A stretch of DNA of 64,000 nt from assembly GCA_037143335.1 (NCBI GenBank), contig JBAWZA010000012.1:7108-71107 (forward strand), in the 5' to 3' direction. The notes below the pieces were generated by a model, which saw only the letters and a program-made list of their open reading frames with translations, made no database searches and was not told where the DNA came from. The DNA is from a bacterium. GTDB lineage: Bacteria; Bacteroidota; Ignavibacteria; Palsa-1295. The stretch's first letter is position 1; every line of letters begins with the position of its first letter. Of the stretch, positions 1 to 10,316 are shown piece by piece. The position numbers and the translations under genes are program-made.

Positions 1-2
1 AT

Positions 3-605
3 CAGGAATTCCGAATCAGCTTTACTGATGCTGTAGACACTTCGTCGGTGAATGCGGGATTAACATTAGTAGATTCTGCAAGTAAGTTGGTTGCATTAAA
101 GTACAGATGGATTGACGGATCAAAACTACGTGTCCATTCATTAGAAAAATTACCACCTCAAACCTTTTTTGCATTGAGTTTAAAAGGTAAATCCATCATC
201 TCTCCCTTGCCTGAGTACGAATCAAAGTTTAAAGATACAACTTTTCGTCTCAGATTTTTTACCGGTGATGATCGCGAATTCGGCACGATAAGTGGTGAGG
301 TGCAAATACTTGATCTGGGATTAGCAAGCGATCCGAATAAAGTCGTAATGCTTCAGTTGCTTTCGTCGGATGCGAACCAATCACGTTCAGTAACTTTACC
401 GACTGGTAAGCGTTCTTATATATTCGAGCATTTACCACGTGGGAAGTACCGGATTCGTGGTTGGGTGAGTACCGTAGGTGCAAAGGGATACGACGATGGT
501 TCTATCATACCATACCGCTTTGCAGCTCCGAGTGGCGACTACCCCGATGAAATTGATGTGCGACCACGATGGACTGTGGAAAAAATAAATTTTGATATAA
601 AATAA
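3..605 (+). CDS. Ig-like domain-containing exported protein, C-terminal part (5'-partial)
   Basis: Frame is open from base 3 (QEFRISFTDAVDTSSV...) to TAA 605. The C-terminus FEHLPRGKYRIRGW...IDVRPRWTVE resembles Bacteroidota Ig-like (Big_5) domain proteins. Confidence 0.6.
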   Translation, partial: QEFRISFTDAVDTSSVNAGLTLVDSASKLVALKYRWIDGSKLRVHSLEKLPPQTFFALSLKGKSIISPLPEYESKFKDTTFRLRFFTGDDREFGTISGEVQILDLGLASDPNKVVMLQLLSSDANQSRSVTLPTGKRSYIFEHLPRGKYRIRGWVSTVGAKGYDDGSIIPYRFAAPSGDYPDEIDVRPRWTVEKINFDIK

Positions 606-610
606 TACCG

Positions 611-2068
611 ATGGAGAACCGTACTCAACTCAAGCGAGCACTGACACTCTACCCGACGACCGCAATTGTCATTGGGTCAGTTGTTGGTTCGGGCATATTT
701 GTCGTGCCCGTGAGTATGGCGCAACAGCTCGGTAGCGCACCACTGCTTCTTGGTGTATGGGTTTTGACGGGAATCATCACCATGATGGGTGCGATGACAT
801 CGTGCGAGCTTTCAGGGCAGATGCCAAGAACTGGTGGGTTGTATGAATACTTCAGAGAAATCTACGGCGAGAAAACGAGTTTTCTATATGGCTGGGCAAA
901 TTTCATGATCGCAGGCTCTGGTGCGATTGCCGCGATAGCAATTATTTTTGCAAAATATTTCGGAGAGTTCGTTGCGTTACCGCATTTGAGTGAGGCATGG
1001 GAAAAAATATCACTTCACCTACCATTACTTGGCGATATTTTCCCGTTTGAAAATATCGGCGGAAAATCTGTTGCAGGACTTATCATTGTGTTCTTGACCT
1101 ACATTAATATCCGCGGCGTAAAGTTAGGCGCGACACTACAAAGCATCTCAACGACTTCGAAAGTGATTGCATTGCTCATCGTAACTGGCGTTGCGTTTAT
1201 TGCTGGCTCACATATTGGTTCAATTGCGAACTGGTCAGGAGTAACAGAGGCAGGGAATTCATTATCTGGTTGGACGCTCATCGGCGCGATAGGCACGGCA
1301 ATCACTGGAGCTTTTTGGGCGTATGATGGATGGGGGAATGTTGCCTACATCGGCGGCGAAGTGAAGGACCCCGCGAAGACACTGCCGAGGGCTATCATTC
1401 TTGGCACATTGATTTTTATTTGTCTGTACTTACTCATCAATCTTGCATACCTTTATATTTTCCCGATAAGCAAATTGGCGGTTGTCCCTGATGATCGACT
1501 CGCATCCGAGATGGTCACATCCGTAATCGGCGGAGTTGGTGGCGCACTTGTGGCCGCCTTGATTATGCTTTCGACGTTTGATACGACTAACTCCTCGATA
1601 CTCACAAATGCTCGAGTATATTATGCGATGGGGAAAGACCGAGTATTTGCTAGGCAGGCAGGGAAGGTTCATGCGAAGTATCAGACTCCATACATTGCAC
1701 TATTGCTGCAAGGCTTGTGGGCATTAGTTCTATTATTCTCTGGTTCGTTTGGTTTGATACTTGATATGTATGTGTTTGTAAATTGGGTGTTGTATGTCTT
1801 GATGGCACTCGGAGTCTTTATACTTCGCAGGCGCGAACCGAATCGTGAGCGACCGTTCAAAGTGCCAGGGTATCCATTTGTGCCGGGACTTTTTGTACTC
1901 TTCGCAACGCTCTATGTTGTCGTCACCTTGGTGAAAGATGTAAACACCTATACTGGGCAGCAACCACTGATTCCGAGTTTGACAGGACTTGTCCTTGTCT
2001 TTGCAGGATTACCTTTTTATTATTTTTGGAAGTATCAGTTCAAAAACGAAACGAAAGATTCGAAGTGA
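611..2068 (+). CDS. APC-family amino acid permease
   Basis: About 12 hydrophobic helices; motifs GSVVGSGIF, PRTGGLYEY, AFWAYDGW, EVKDP, RPFKVP. Confidence 0.92.
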   Translation: MENRTQLKRALTLYPTTAIVIGSVVGSGIFVVPVSMAQQLGSAPLLLGVWVLTGIITMMGAMTSCELSGQMPRTGGLYEYFREIYGEKTSFLYGWANFMIAGSGAIAAIAIIFAKYFGEFVALPHLSEAWEKISLHLPLLGDIFPFENIGGKSVAGLIIVFLTYINIRGVKLGATLQSISTTSKVIALLIVTGVAFIAGSHIGSIANWSGVTEAGNSLSGWTLIGAIGTAITGAFWAYDGWGNVAYIGGEVKDPAKTLPRAIILGTLIFICLYLLINLAYLYIFPISKLAVVPDDRLASEMVTSVIGGVGGALVAALIMLSTFDTTNSSILTNARVYYAMGKDRVFARQAGKVHAKYQTPYIALLLQGLWALVLLFSGSFGLILDMYVFVNWVLYVLMALGVFILRRREPNRERPFKVPGYPFVPGLFVLFATLYVVVTLVKDVNTYTGQQPLIPSLTGLVLVFAGLPFYYFWKYQFKNETKDSK

Positions 2069-2829
2069 AACAAACCGAAACAGTAGACCTCTTATCTATA
2101 GCTGCGCACCCAGACGATGTTGAGCTTTCGTGCGCAGGCACGATCTTGCTTGCAAAGAAAGCAGGGAAGCGCACAGCAATTGTTGACCTCACTCGCGGTG
2201 AGTTATCAACGCGTGGCACACCCGAACTCCGGGCGCAAGAAACAATTGCAGCTTCGAAGATCTTGGGACTCGACGCGAGAGTGAACTTGGGGTTATCGGA
2301 TGGCAACATCGAAGTGACGCAAGGGAATGTGTTGAAGCTCGTCAGAGAAATTCGTAAATTTCAACCGGCTATTATGTTGACACCCCATGCGCACGAAAGG
2401 CATCCCGACCATGAGGCGGCATCGGAGCTTGCAAAGCGCGCATCGTTTTATGCCGGTTTAGCAAAAATTGAAACAGTCGACGACGAAGGGAATCCGCAGA
2501 AACCTCATCGCCCCAAATTAGTGATGAATTATATGCAGACATATACATTCGAGCCAAAAATAATCATTGATGTGTCGGAAGTATACTCTGAGAGGCTCCG
2601 CGCTGTTCATGCCTATGATTCACAATTCGGAATTGACAACTCTGGGCGGAAGATCGCATCAAAGCAACCTGAGACCTTCCTTACGCAAAGTGGATTTTAC
2701 GAATGGATCGAAGGCAAAGCCCGGCATTATGGAATGATGATCGGTGCGGAATATGGAGAACCGTTCTGGACCTACGAACCGCTTGGCGTGCAGGATATTT
2801 TTTCATTGGTCACAAAAAAAATGGCATAA
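2065..2829 (+). CDS. bshB1: Bacillithiol biosynthesis deacetylase BshB1 (PIG-L family)
   Basis: AAHPDDVEL, DLTRGE.STRG, HPDH and YGEPF motifs. GTG start at 2065 overlaps the permease stop (GTGA). Confidence 0.85.
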   Translation: MKQTETVDLLSIAAHPDDVELSCAGTILLAKKAGKRTAIVDLTRGELSTRGTPELRAQETIAASKILGLDARVNLGLSDGNIEVTQGNVLKLVREIRKFQPAIMLTPHAHERHPDHEAASELAKRASFYAGLAKIETVDDEGNPQKPHRPKLVMNYMQTYTFEPKIIIDVSEVYSERLRAVHAYDSQFGIDNSGRKIASKQPETFLTQSGFYEWIEGKARHYGMMIGAEYGEPFWTYEPLGVQDIFSLVTKKMA

Positions 2830-2841
2830 TCCGATACCTGC

Positions 2842-4563
2842 TTGAGAAGTCTCCAACTCATAGTACTTGCAGCCGCATTAATCCTGTGCGCGTGCTCAGC
2901 GCCACCTGAGCTTTCGCATTCAGTTTGCGAACCACCCCCACCGCCTGAGTGTAAACCTGGTTTATCAATGGCGACAAGCGTTGATACATCAGGGGTTCAA
3001 CCAGATCATTATAAATACTACATCCAGAGTCTTCCCACACCGATTAACTCCTCGCAGAATGAAAATGCGTTCTCGGTGATACGGATGAGTAGTGAAAATC
3101 TCGTTCTCCTCAGTGCTGAAAGAAATGCAAATACTGAAGGCAAGCAAGAAATATATTTTTCTGCACTCAAGACTGGATTTCATTTTGATTCGCTCTCGAA
3201 AGTAGCGGGTGTTTCATCCTATGAACAGGTTGGATGTGTGTGGTATTGCGAACCGGAGCAAAGGCTCTATTTTTCTGCGAAAGCAATAAACGATGATGCG
3301 AATGACTATGATATTTTGTCGGCTCAACTAATCAAGAACTCTACTTCGTACGAACTTCGAGATGTCCAACCTGTTGCGAAGTTAAACCTTCCTATTTCGT
3401 TTGATGCACAGCCAGCACTATCGCCCGATGGACTCGCAATTGTATTCGCATCCGATCGCGTAGGCGGCAAGGGTGGAGTGGATCTATGGCTGAGTACTCG
3501 TTCGTCTGTCGGTTCTTCATGGGGCGAGCCTCATTCACTTGGTGCGGAAGTTAACACACCATGCAACGAACTTTCACCATTTTTCTCGACAGATGGCAAG
3601 ATACTCTACTTCTCGAGTGATGGACATGAGACAATAGGGGGCTACGATATTTTCTCGGCAGAACGAACAGGTACAGGATTTAAACCTGCGAAAAATATTG
3701 GCTACCCACTCAATACGAAGTCTGACGAGATATTTCCTTGTGTGCCGAATGACTCGCAGTTTTTCTATACATCCGATCAGCCATGTAACTTCAAGGGAAG
3801 AAATATTTTTGTCATGCGTCGGACATTTGTACCGAATGCCGATATCATCACACACTCGACACCTTTGAATGAGGGCAGGAAAATTATTCCCGATTCAGTG
3901 GAGCTTAAAGGTACTGTCGAGTTGCCCGCACATCACGATGCGGAGTTGCCTGAAGTATTTGTTCGTGATGTCGAAAAAGATAAGGAGATTGCACGCAAAC
4001 CTACCGACACAGCTGGCAATTACTCCTTTCAAGTGCAAGGTGGAAGGCTCTATGATGTAGGCTCCGAGAAGAAAGATAAATTTTATGATGTTAAGCGAGT
4101 TGATCTGACGCATCCGAGTGATAGTATCGTAACGGTACCCAAGCTCATTATTCCAGACACACTGATACTCCGAATAAATTTCCCATTTGACGATAATGAG
4201 CATCCCTACGATTTCACGTATGATGAACAAGGCGTAAAATCTGATACTCGCTGGCAAACATCACTCGATTTACTTGCGAAGTCTATTGCCAGTAGTTCGT
4301 CATCACTAGAGAAAGTAATCCTCTATGGTCACACCGATTCTCTCGGCACGGACGAATATAATCTGGGTCTTGCAAAACGCCGAGCCGAGTTTGTCGCTCG
4401 TGAATTACGCAAGCGAGGCATAGCCACGAAGTTATTGAATATCATTTCTAAGGGGCGAGCACTGCCTCTCACTCGGAGTGCAGGTGAAAGTGATGAAGTG
4501 TATCAACTCCGGTGCAGGAGAGTTGAGTTTGTAAAAATATTTTCGAAAGTGAAAACGCAATGA
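2842..4563 (+). CDS. PorE-like lipoprotein with PD40 repeats and C-terminal OmpA domain
   Basis: Lipobox-like LILCAC; PD40 repeats (PALSPDG..VFASDR, SPFFSTDGKILYFSS); OmpA motif GHTDSLG...YNLGLAKRRA. Confidence 0.85.
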   Translation: MRSLQLIVLAAALILCACSAPPELSHSVCEPPPPPECKPGLSMATSVDTSGVQPDHYKYYIQSLPTPINSSQNENAFSVIRMSSENLVLLSAERNANTEGKQEIYFSALKTGFHFDSLSKVAGVSSYEQVGCVWYCEPEQRLYFSAKAINDDANDYDILSAQLIKNSTSYELRDVQPVAKLNLPISFDAQPALSPDGLAIVFASDRVGGKGGVDLWLSTRSSVGSSWGEPHSLGAEVNTPCNELSPFFSTDGKILYFSSDGHETIGGYDIFSAERTGTGFKPAKNIGYPLNTKSDEIFPCVPNDSQFFYTSDQPCNFKGRNIFVMRRTFVPNADIITHSTPLNEGRKIIPDSVELKGTVELPAHHDAELPEVFVRDVEKDKEIARKPTDTAGNYSFQVQGGRLYDVGSEKKDKFYDVKRVDLTHPSDSIVTVPKLIIPDTLILRINFPFDDNEHPYDFTYDEQGVKSDTRWQTSLDLLAKSIASSSSSLEKVILYGHTDSLGTDEYNLGLAKRRAEFVARELRKRGIATKLLNIISKGRALPLTRSAGESDEVYQLRCRRVEFVKIFSKVKTQ

Positions 4564-5960
4564 AGCATTTTCTAATTTTAATAGGATTGAGCATGATGCT
4601 CGCAAGTTGTGTGACACGGTTCGAGACCGATGCCTACACGATTACCGTTCGCGATACACTCTACCGCGAACACGTTCGTAACGCTCCCGGCAATGGTGGA
4701 GAGAATGGAACGGTGTTCCCCTCATCACGCGATACTCGGATATTCCGCGAAAGCCTTTCTTATGACTCCACTTACGAACGACAATATCCAGCATTTCTTC
4801 GTTACGGAGGGATCGAGTTTGCAGGTATGATCACTGGTTCTTCGAACCTCGGACTCAGTGCAGGAATTCTCGGACTCTATACGCTACTTGACACCACAAA
4901 TCTTAGCACACTTTTTAACACTGGCTTTCAATCGAAAGGTAGCCAAAACAGCTTATTCAAAGGAAGGTTATTGCGCATAGTGCCAGTGGAATACCAACTT
5001 CATTGGTTTGATGAAGCGCCAAACTGGACTATCGGCTGGAGCGCATACGAAAGTATTGCCGCCGATGAAAACTCCGATAATACACTCAGAAGCGTCGGCA
5101 CCAACGTGTATGTGCGCAAGCGATTCTGGTTCAGGGAGCGTCCGCCTTATCTCTTTGCATCACCATTTGTCGGATTTAGTTTATTTCCATCGCTCTATAT
5201 TAATGCTGGAGCCGAATTAACTTTTGGCTCTTTTGGTGGCTTCAATCTCAGGGCGTATGCCGGCTTGGCAACAGGGTTTACATGGAGTGATGCAATCTCC
5301 GCAGGTACAAAATCGAAGAGTATAACGACACCCTATATCGGCCTCGGTGTGAGTGCTTTGGATTTCATCAACAAAGTCTCGGAAACTCAGCATGAGTGGA
5401 AAGACTACTTACACTCAGCTATTGAGATGAGTGCAATAGATATTGACATTCTTGATGCCCTGGCTGGCTATGATAATCTTTTTAAGGTGAATGCGACGAT
5501 ACCGGTCTCGGGTGCAGCCATTCAAATTGCAACGGCTCACTTTCCACTGAGTTTTGGTGATGGCCACTGGTGGGCAGGAACGTCACTGATCAAATTCTTT
5601 GCGCTCGGATTTTCCCAAGCAACATTTTCTACACTGCCACTGCGCTTTGGATATCGGCACTATCTACTGGCAGAGGATCTCACGTTCGAGCCGTTTATCG
5701 AAGCTAACTATTATCCATCAACGTATGCTGACATAGGATTCCGTCTGCGGTTGAATACTTTTCACGATATCACCTTCGGATTGCTCTTTGGTTACGCCAA
5801 TGGATCAACGGGGTCGTTCGTCAATAAACTATTGATAGCGCAAGGGAGTAGCCATCCTGCCAATTTTAATACGCTGTATGTTGGCATTTCATTTAGTCCG
5901 AAGGACAGGATGCTTACCCCAGAACGCGTGAAAGAGCTTGATAAATTAGTAAGATGGTAA
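4560..5960 (+). CDS. Hypothetical lipoprotein with two internally repeated beta-rich domains
   Basis: Signal peptide ending LASC; ATGA overlap with the upstream gene; alternating hydrophobic beta-strand pattern. Confidence 0.7.
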   Translation: MKHFLILIGLSMMLASCVTRFETDAYTITVRDTLYREHVRNAPGNGGENGTVFPSSRDTRIFRESLSYDSTYERQYPAFLRYGGIEFAGMITGSSNLGLSAGILGLYTLLDTTNLSTLFNTGFQSKGSQNSLFKGRLLRIVPVEYQLHWFDEAPNWTIGWSAYESIAADENSDNTLRSVGTNVYVRKRFWFRERPPYLFASPFVGFSLFPSLYINAGAELTFGSFGGFNLRAYAGLATGFTWSDAISAGTKSKSITTPYIGLGVSALDFINKVSETQHEWKDYLHSAIEMSAIDIDILDALAGYDNLFKVNATIPVSGAAIQIATAHFPLSFGDGHWWAGTSLIKFFALGFSQATFSTLPLRFGYRHYLLAEDLTFEPFIEANYYPSTYADIGFRLRLNTFHDITFGLLFGYANGSTGSFVNKLLIAQGSSHPANFNTLYVGISFSPKDRMLTPERVKELDKLVRW

Positions 5961-6553
5961 AGCTTGGGAGAATCATATTCGTGTTCAGCCTCATGCTTTG
6001 CGGCTGTGATCCTCACCGGTTCACGGTACAGACTGAGCACTCACTCGATTGCCGAATTTATTCTGACTTCCATGGGGTGACGCATGATTTATACGGATTT
6101 ACCATGCAAGGTGATGCTGTTGTAGGAGTGGCATCACCAAGTTGGACGCAGTATGAAATTGAAACATTCATCAAGATGAAAGGTGATGGCTTCCAACTGC
6201 TGCTTCGTCCAGTTGCTGAGGAAAGTGTCAGAGACTCGGGGCTAATTCTCACGATTTCATCATCAGTCGGTTTACGTTTAGATTCCGGAGGGGTGTTACT
6301 TGAGAGTAATCCTCGCTATCGTCCGCCGATTGATTCGCAATTTTTCGTGACTATTTTTAATGAAGAATCCTACCTGCAGGTAACGATAGGATGCGATACT
6401 GTCTTGAGACGATATACAAAACAGAAAGAGTCAGACGATCTCGTCATTCATACTCTCCCAAACTCCGAACTCACAGTCATTGCCCCACAGTGGAAACGTC
6501 TGCGATTCCAAAAGGATGGGATGAACCTTGTCCATCAGGTGAAAGTGCAATAA
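5954..6553 (+). CDS. Hypothetical lipoprotein
   Basis: N-terminal hydrophobic stretch ending LCGC; overlaps the upstream stop; ends at a terminator. Confidence 0.65.
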   Translation: MVKLGRIIFVFSLMLCGCDPHRFTVQTEHSLDCRIYSDFHGVTHDLYGFTMQGDAVVGVASPSWTQYEIETFIKMKGDGFQLLLRPVAEESVRDSGLILTISSSVGLRLDSGGVLLESNPRYRPPIDSQFFVTIFNEESYLQVTIGCDTVLRRYTKQKESDDLVIHTLPNSELTVIAPQWKRLRFQKDGMNLVHQVKVQ

Positions 6554-6581
6554 AAAAGTCCGCAGAAGCGGACTTTTTTTT
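6552..6581. terminator. Bidirectional intrinsic terminator
   Basis: AAAAAAGTCCGC-AGAA-GCGGACTTTTTTTT between convergent genes. Confidence 0.9.
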
Positions 6582-6601
6582 ATGTTCTTTTGTGCAAAAG
6601 A

Positions 6602-6877
6602 TTATTTTGCAACGGCATCCTTCAAAGCCTTACCTGCGGTGAAGCGAGGCACAGTCTTTGCTTTGATTTGCATTGTAGCGCCAGTCTGGGGGTTACGCCC
6701 AGTACGAGCTTTTCTTTTTGATACTTTAAAAGTACCAAAGCCAACGATGGCAACTGGTGCACCCTTTTTGAGGGATTTTTTGATTGTTTCGACGGTAGCA
6801 TCAAAAGCGCGACCAGAGTCTGCTTTCGATAATCCCGAGGCTTTCGCAATGGAATCGATGAGTTCGGATTTGTTCAT
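6602..6877 (-). CDS. hup: DNA-binding protein HU
   Basis: MNKSELID...[17 protein letters not shown]...[13 protein letters not shown], 91 aa. Confidence 0.97.
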   Translation of the reverse strand: MNKSELIDSIAKASGLSKADSGRAFDATVETIKKSLKKGAPVAIVGFGTFKVSKRKARTGRNPQTGATMQIKAKTVPRFTAGKALKDAVAK

Positions 6878-7098
6878 AGAGTATTTCTAGAAATGAGAGT
6901 GATTGATAATATGTGTGCAATCCCATTTTCGCTCTGGATTAGAGGGCAGAAAACAAGGAGTACGTAAACAAAAAAAAACGACGTGGGGGCTTACCTCACT
7001 CACGACCTGTACCTCCGAAAAATTCCTTCAATGTTCTGTCCCGAGATTTCTCCCGAAACTCCGACCTGATGGGCTTTATCGGGGGGAAGTGTGTGCTA

Positions 7099-7106
7099 CA
7101 AAGATA
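7099..7106 (-). promoter_or_regulatory. Bacteroidetes-type -7 promoter element (TAnnTTTG) facing hup
   Basis: TATCTTTG on the minus strand, about 220 nt upstream of the hup start. Confidence 0.5.
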
Positions 7107-7315
7107 AGAAGAAAAAAGCCTTCCGCCACTAAAATGAAAATTTTCACCGCCTGTCGGTTTGACAAACCCAACCGAAGAAGAACACTCTGACATCATGCTT
7201 ACGATGACGTTTAATCAAACCCTTACACTGCCCGAATACTCGATTGGAGTGTTCCACCAATTTTTCGCGTTATCTGTGGTACTGCTCAAAATTCGCAGAC
7301 CCGAATACTGTTTTA

Positions 7316-8950
7316 ATGGAAGAATACTTACAACCGTTTTTTTTGGAAAGTGTATTGCGCATCGCTCCACACTTTTCAGGTGCTATTCAATTCGAAAATC
7401 CTCAGAATCCAGACCATGGTGATTTGGCAACGAACGTTGCAATGCTCTTAGCAAAAGAGCTAAAAAAATCTCCTCGTAGCGTTGCCACGGAAATCATCGA
7501 GCAACTTCAGATGGATAATGCTGTGATTGAAAAGGTCGAGATAGCCGGTCCGGGCTTCATTAATATCCGATTTACGAAACGCTATTTTCATAATGCGCTT
7601 AGCGAAATTCTGTTGAAGGGAAGTACTTTTGGCAGAACACAAAAATACCTCGGCAAGACAGTGAATCTTGAGTGGGTGAGCGCGAATCCTACGGGTAATC
7701 TTCACGCCGGTCATGGCAGACAGGTTTGCCTCGGTGCGGCAGTAGCAAACTTATTGGAGTGGACAGGCTACAAGGTCGTACGGGAGTATTACTTTAATAA
7801 TGCTGGCAATCAGATGCGCAACCTTGCCAAATCCACACAGGTACGCTATTTGCAAGAACTGGGACAAGCTGCGACGCTTCCTGAAGATGGATACCACGGA
7901 GCTGAGATTATAGAGATTGCCAAAGACCTCAAAGCGAAGTTCGGCGAAAGCTACGTGAATGCGGAGTTGGTGGAATTCCAAAAATTTGCCGAAGATGCAA
8001 ATTTCACTCGTATCAAAAATACACTTGACCGACTCGGCGTTCACCACGATATTTACTTCAACGAAAATAGTCTCTACGAATCAGGTGCCATTGACGCGAT
8101 CATCGCCGAGTTGAAGGCGAACGGTCTAGCTTACGATAAAGACGGAGCGGTTTGGCTCAAGCTCAGCGAAATGGGGCAGGAGCAAGACCGAGTCATCGTG
8201 AAATCAACGGGCGAACCGACGTATCGCTTGCCGGATATCTGTTACCACAAAGATAAACTCTCACGTGGTTATGACCGAATCATTGATATTTTTGGAGCCG
8301 ATCATATCGCTACAATCGCTGATGTGACTTCGGCACTCACCGCACTCGGACTTGATACTTCTGTGATTACGGTGATTATTCACCAAATGGTAACCTTCCT
8401 CTCAGGTAGTGAGGTAATTAAGTTTTCGAAGCGGAGCGGATCGAACTACACCCTCGATGAACTTATTGAGGATGTTGGGACGGATGCGACAAAATTCTTC
8501 TTCAATATGAGAGCGGCAGGCTCGCATCTTGAGTTTGATGTGGAGTTGGCGAAGGAGCAATCAGACAAGAACCCAGTCTATTACGTGCAGTATGCCCATG
8601 CTCGCATCGCGTCTATTCTAAGATTTGCTCAGCAAGAAGGAGTGGCTGTGACGAACCTGAATCACGCAGATGTCACTTCGCTTGAACATCCCGAAGAGCT
8701 TGCGCTCATTAAAATTCTCAATCGCTTTCCTGCTCTGATATTGCAAACAGCCGATGCCCATGCTCCCCATCATATTTGTGAATACTTAAGACAAGTAGCA
8801 GCGCAATTCCATAAATTTTATCATGACTGCCGAATCGTCGGCCAGCCTGAGCCACTGCAATCAGCACGGCTGGCATTGGCGCTTGCCACGAAGCAAGTTT
8901 TTATTAATGGCTGTAGTATTTTGGGCGTGAGTGCGCCTGAGAGCATGTAA
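7316..8950 (+). CDS. argS: Arginine--tRNA ligase
   Basis: HGDLATN, AGPGFIN, SANPTGNLHAGH, FGADH, KFSKR, YVQYAHARI. Start placed at ATG 7316 (MEEYL). Confidence 0.96.
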   Translation: MEEYLQPFFLESVLRIAPHFSGAIQFENPQNPDHGDLATNVAMLLAKELKKSPRSVATEIIEQLQMDNAVIEKVEIAGPGFINIRFTKRYFHNALSEILLKGSTFGRTQKYLGKTVNLEWVSANPTGNLHAGHGRQVCLGAAVANLLEWTGYKVVREYYFNNAGNQMRNLAKSTQVRYLQELGQAATLPEDGYHGAEIIEIAKDLKAKFGESYVNAELVEFQKFAEDANFTRIKNTLDRLGVHHDIYFNENSLYESGAIDAIIAELKANGLAYDKDGAVWLKLSEMGQEQDRVIVKSTGEPTYRLPDICYHKDKLSRGYDRIIDIFGADHIATIADVTSALTALGLDTSVITVIIHQMVTFLSGSEVIKFSKRSGSNYTLDELIEDVGTDATKFFFNMRAAGSHLEFDVELAKEQSDKNPVYYVQYAHARIASILRFAQQEGVAVTNLNHADVTSLEHPEELALIKILNRFPALILQTADAHAPHHICEYLRQVAAQFHKFYHDCRIVGQPEPLQSARLALALATKQVFINGCSILGVSAPESM

Positions 8951-8954
8951 CACT

Positions 8955-10316
8955 ATGCTACCACTCTCTTTAGAGATATTCTTTATACTCGTTGCGCTGC
9001 TTAGTTACGCGTTCTTCTCAATGATTGAGACGAGTATGCTTACAGTTCGCAAAAGTACGCTTAACAAGATTTTAGAAGACGAGGACGAATCCGATAAGAC
9101 AAAGCATAAAGCTCGTAGCGTCCTTGCGATCAAGTCTCGTCCCGAAGAGTTTCTTGCATTCGTTCAGAGCGGGGCAATCATCTCCGTTGTCTTTGCCTCG
9201 ACCTTTGCCGGATTTTTTGCTGTTGAAGATTTGAATGCGGTACTTCTTAGGATTGCGAGCCTATCTACAGGCTCGGTGATGTTACTCTCGTTAGCGATCA
9301 CCGCTCTCGTTCTCGCATGGTGTTTGCTAACGTTTGGTGGTTTGATACCGAAGTCAATTGCATTGCATCGCAACAAAGCAATCGCGCTTTTTTTTGCCGA
9401 CTCGGTATTGGGAGCGCTCAAAATCGTGAAGCCATTCACACATTTGCCAGTACTACTTGCGAATATAGTGCTGAAGCCATTTCGGGATAAAGCAAGTTTC
9501 TCCGAGAGCAGAATATCCGAAGAGGAATTTCGAGTCATGCTTGAAGAAGGCGCGCGCACGGGTGTCCTCGACAAGACAGAGAATGAACTCATCGAAAATA
9601 TCCTTGACTTCACCGAAAAATTTGTCCGTGAGGTGATGGTACCACGAACAAAGATTGTTGCGGTTGATATTGGCACTTCACGTGAGTCGGTGATCCAGAA
9701 GATAATCGCAGAGGGTTATACGCGGCTGCCCGTTTTTCAGGATACATTAGATAATATCACTGGAGTAGTCTATTCGAAAGATGTACTTGCTCTTATCGAG
9801 CATCCCGATTTGATACTCCTCTATGACATTACGCGTCCTGTCGTCTTTGTACCAGAGACCAAACTCATCTCGGAGTTACTTCGGGAATTACAGGTCAAAA
9901 AATTACACATGGCGATTGTCGTTGATGAGTTCGGTGGCACTGCCGGTATTGTAACACTTGAAGATATATTAGAAGAAATCGTTGGCGAAATTCACGATGA
10001 ATACGATGAAGATTTGCCAATTGTACAGAAGGATCAGGCAACGCGGACGCTGACACTCTCGGCAACGCTTGCTACCGACAATGCCAACGAATATATTGAA
10101 TCCTTTTTTGAGGACTTCCGTATTCCTGAGAACGGTGAATACGACTCCGTCGGAGGGTACGTGACAAAACTCTTCGGTCATATTCCCGAAGTAGGAGAAG
10201 TTGAGGAAATCGGCGGCATCGTTCTGACCGTTCTCAAACGTACACCCAAAGAAGTACAGCTTGTAAAATTTCAAGACATACGAATAAATGAAGTGATTCA
10301 AAAAGACAAGGCGTGA
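8955..10316 (+). CDS. Hemolysin/CorC (CNNM) family protein: TM domain, CBS pair, CorC C-terminal domain
   Basis: N-terminal TM block; VREVMVPR, GYTRLPV, VVDEFGGTAGIVTLEDILEEIVGEI. Confidence 0.92.
   Translation: MLPLSLEIFFILVALLSYAFFSMIETSMLTVRKSTLNKILEDEDESDKTKHKARSVLAIKSRPEEFLAFVQSGAIISVVFASTFAGFFAVEDLNAVLLRIASLSTGSVMLLSLAITALVLAWCLLTFGGLIPKSIALHRNKAIALFFADSVLGALKIVKPFTHLPVLLANIVLKPFRDKASFSESRISEEEFRVMLEEGARTGVLDKTENELIENILDFTEKFVREVMVPRTKIVAVDIGTSRESVIQKIIAEGYTRLPVFQDTLDNITGVVYSKDVLALIEHPDLILLYDITRPVVFVPETKLISELLRELQVKKLHMAIVVDEFGGTAGIVTLEDILEEIVGEIHDEYDEDLPIVQKDQATRTLTLSATLATDNANEYIESFFEDFRIPENGEYDSVGGYVTKLFGHIPEVGEVEEIGGIVLTVLKRTPKEVQLVKFQDIRINEVIQKDKA

Noticed and set aside
7030-7095. 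SRP (4.5S) RNA suggested by CAGGTCGGA on the minus strand
   Set aside because: It lacks the conserved GNRA-loop/AGCAG domain IV sequence.
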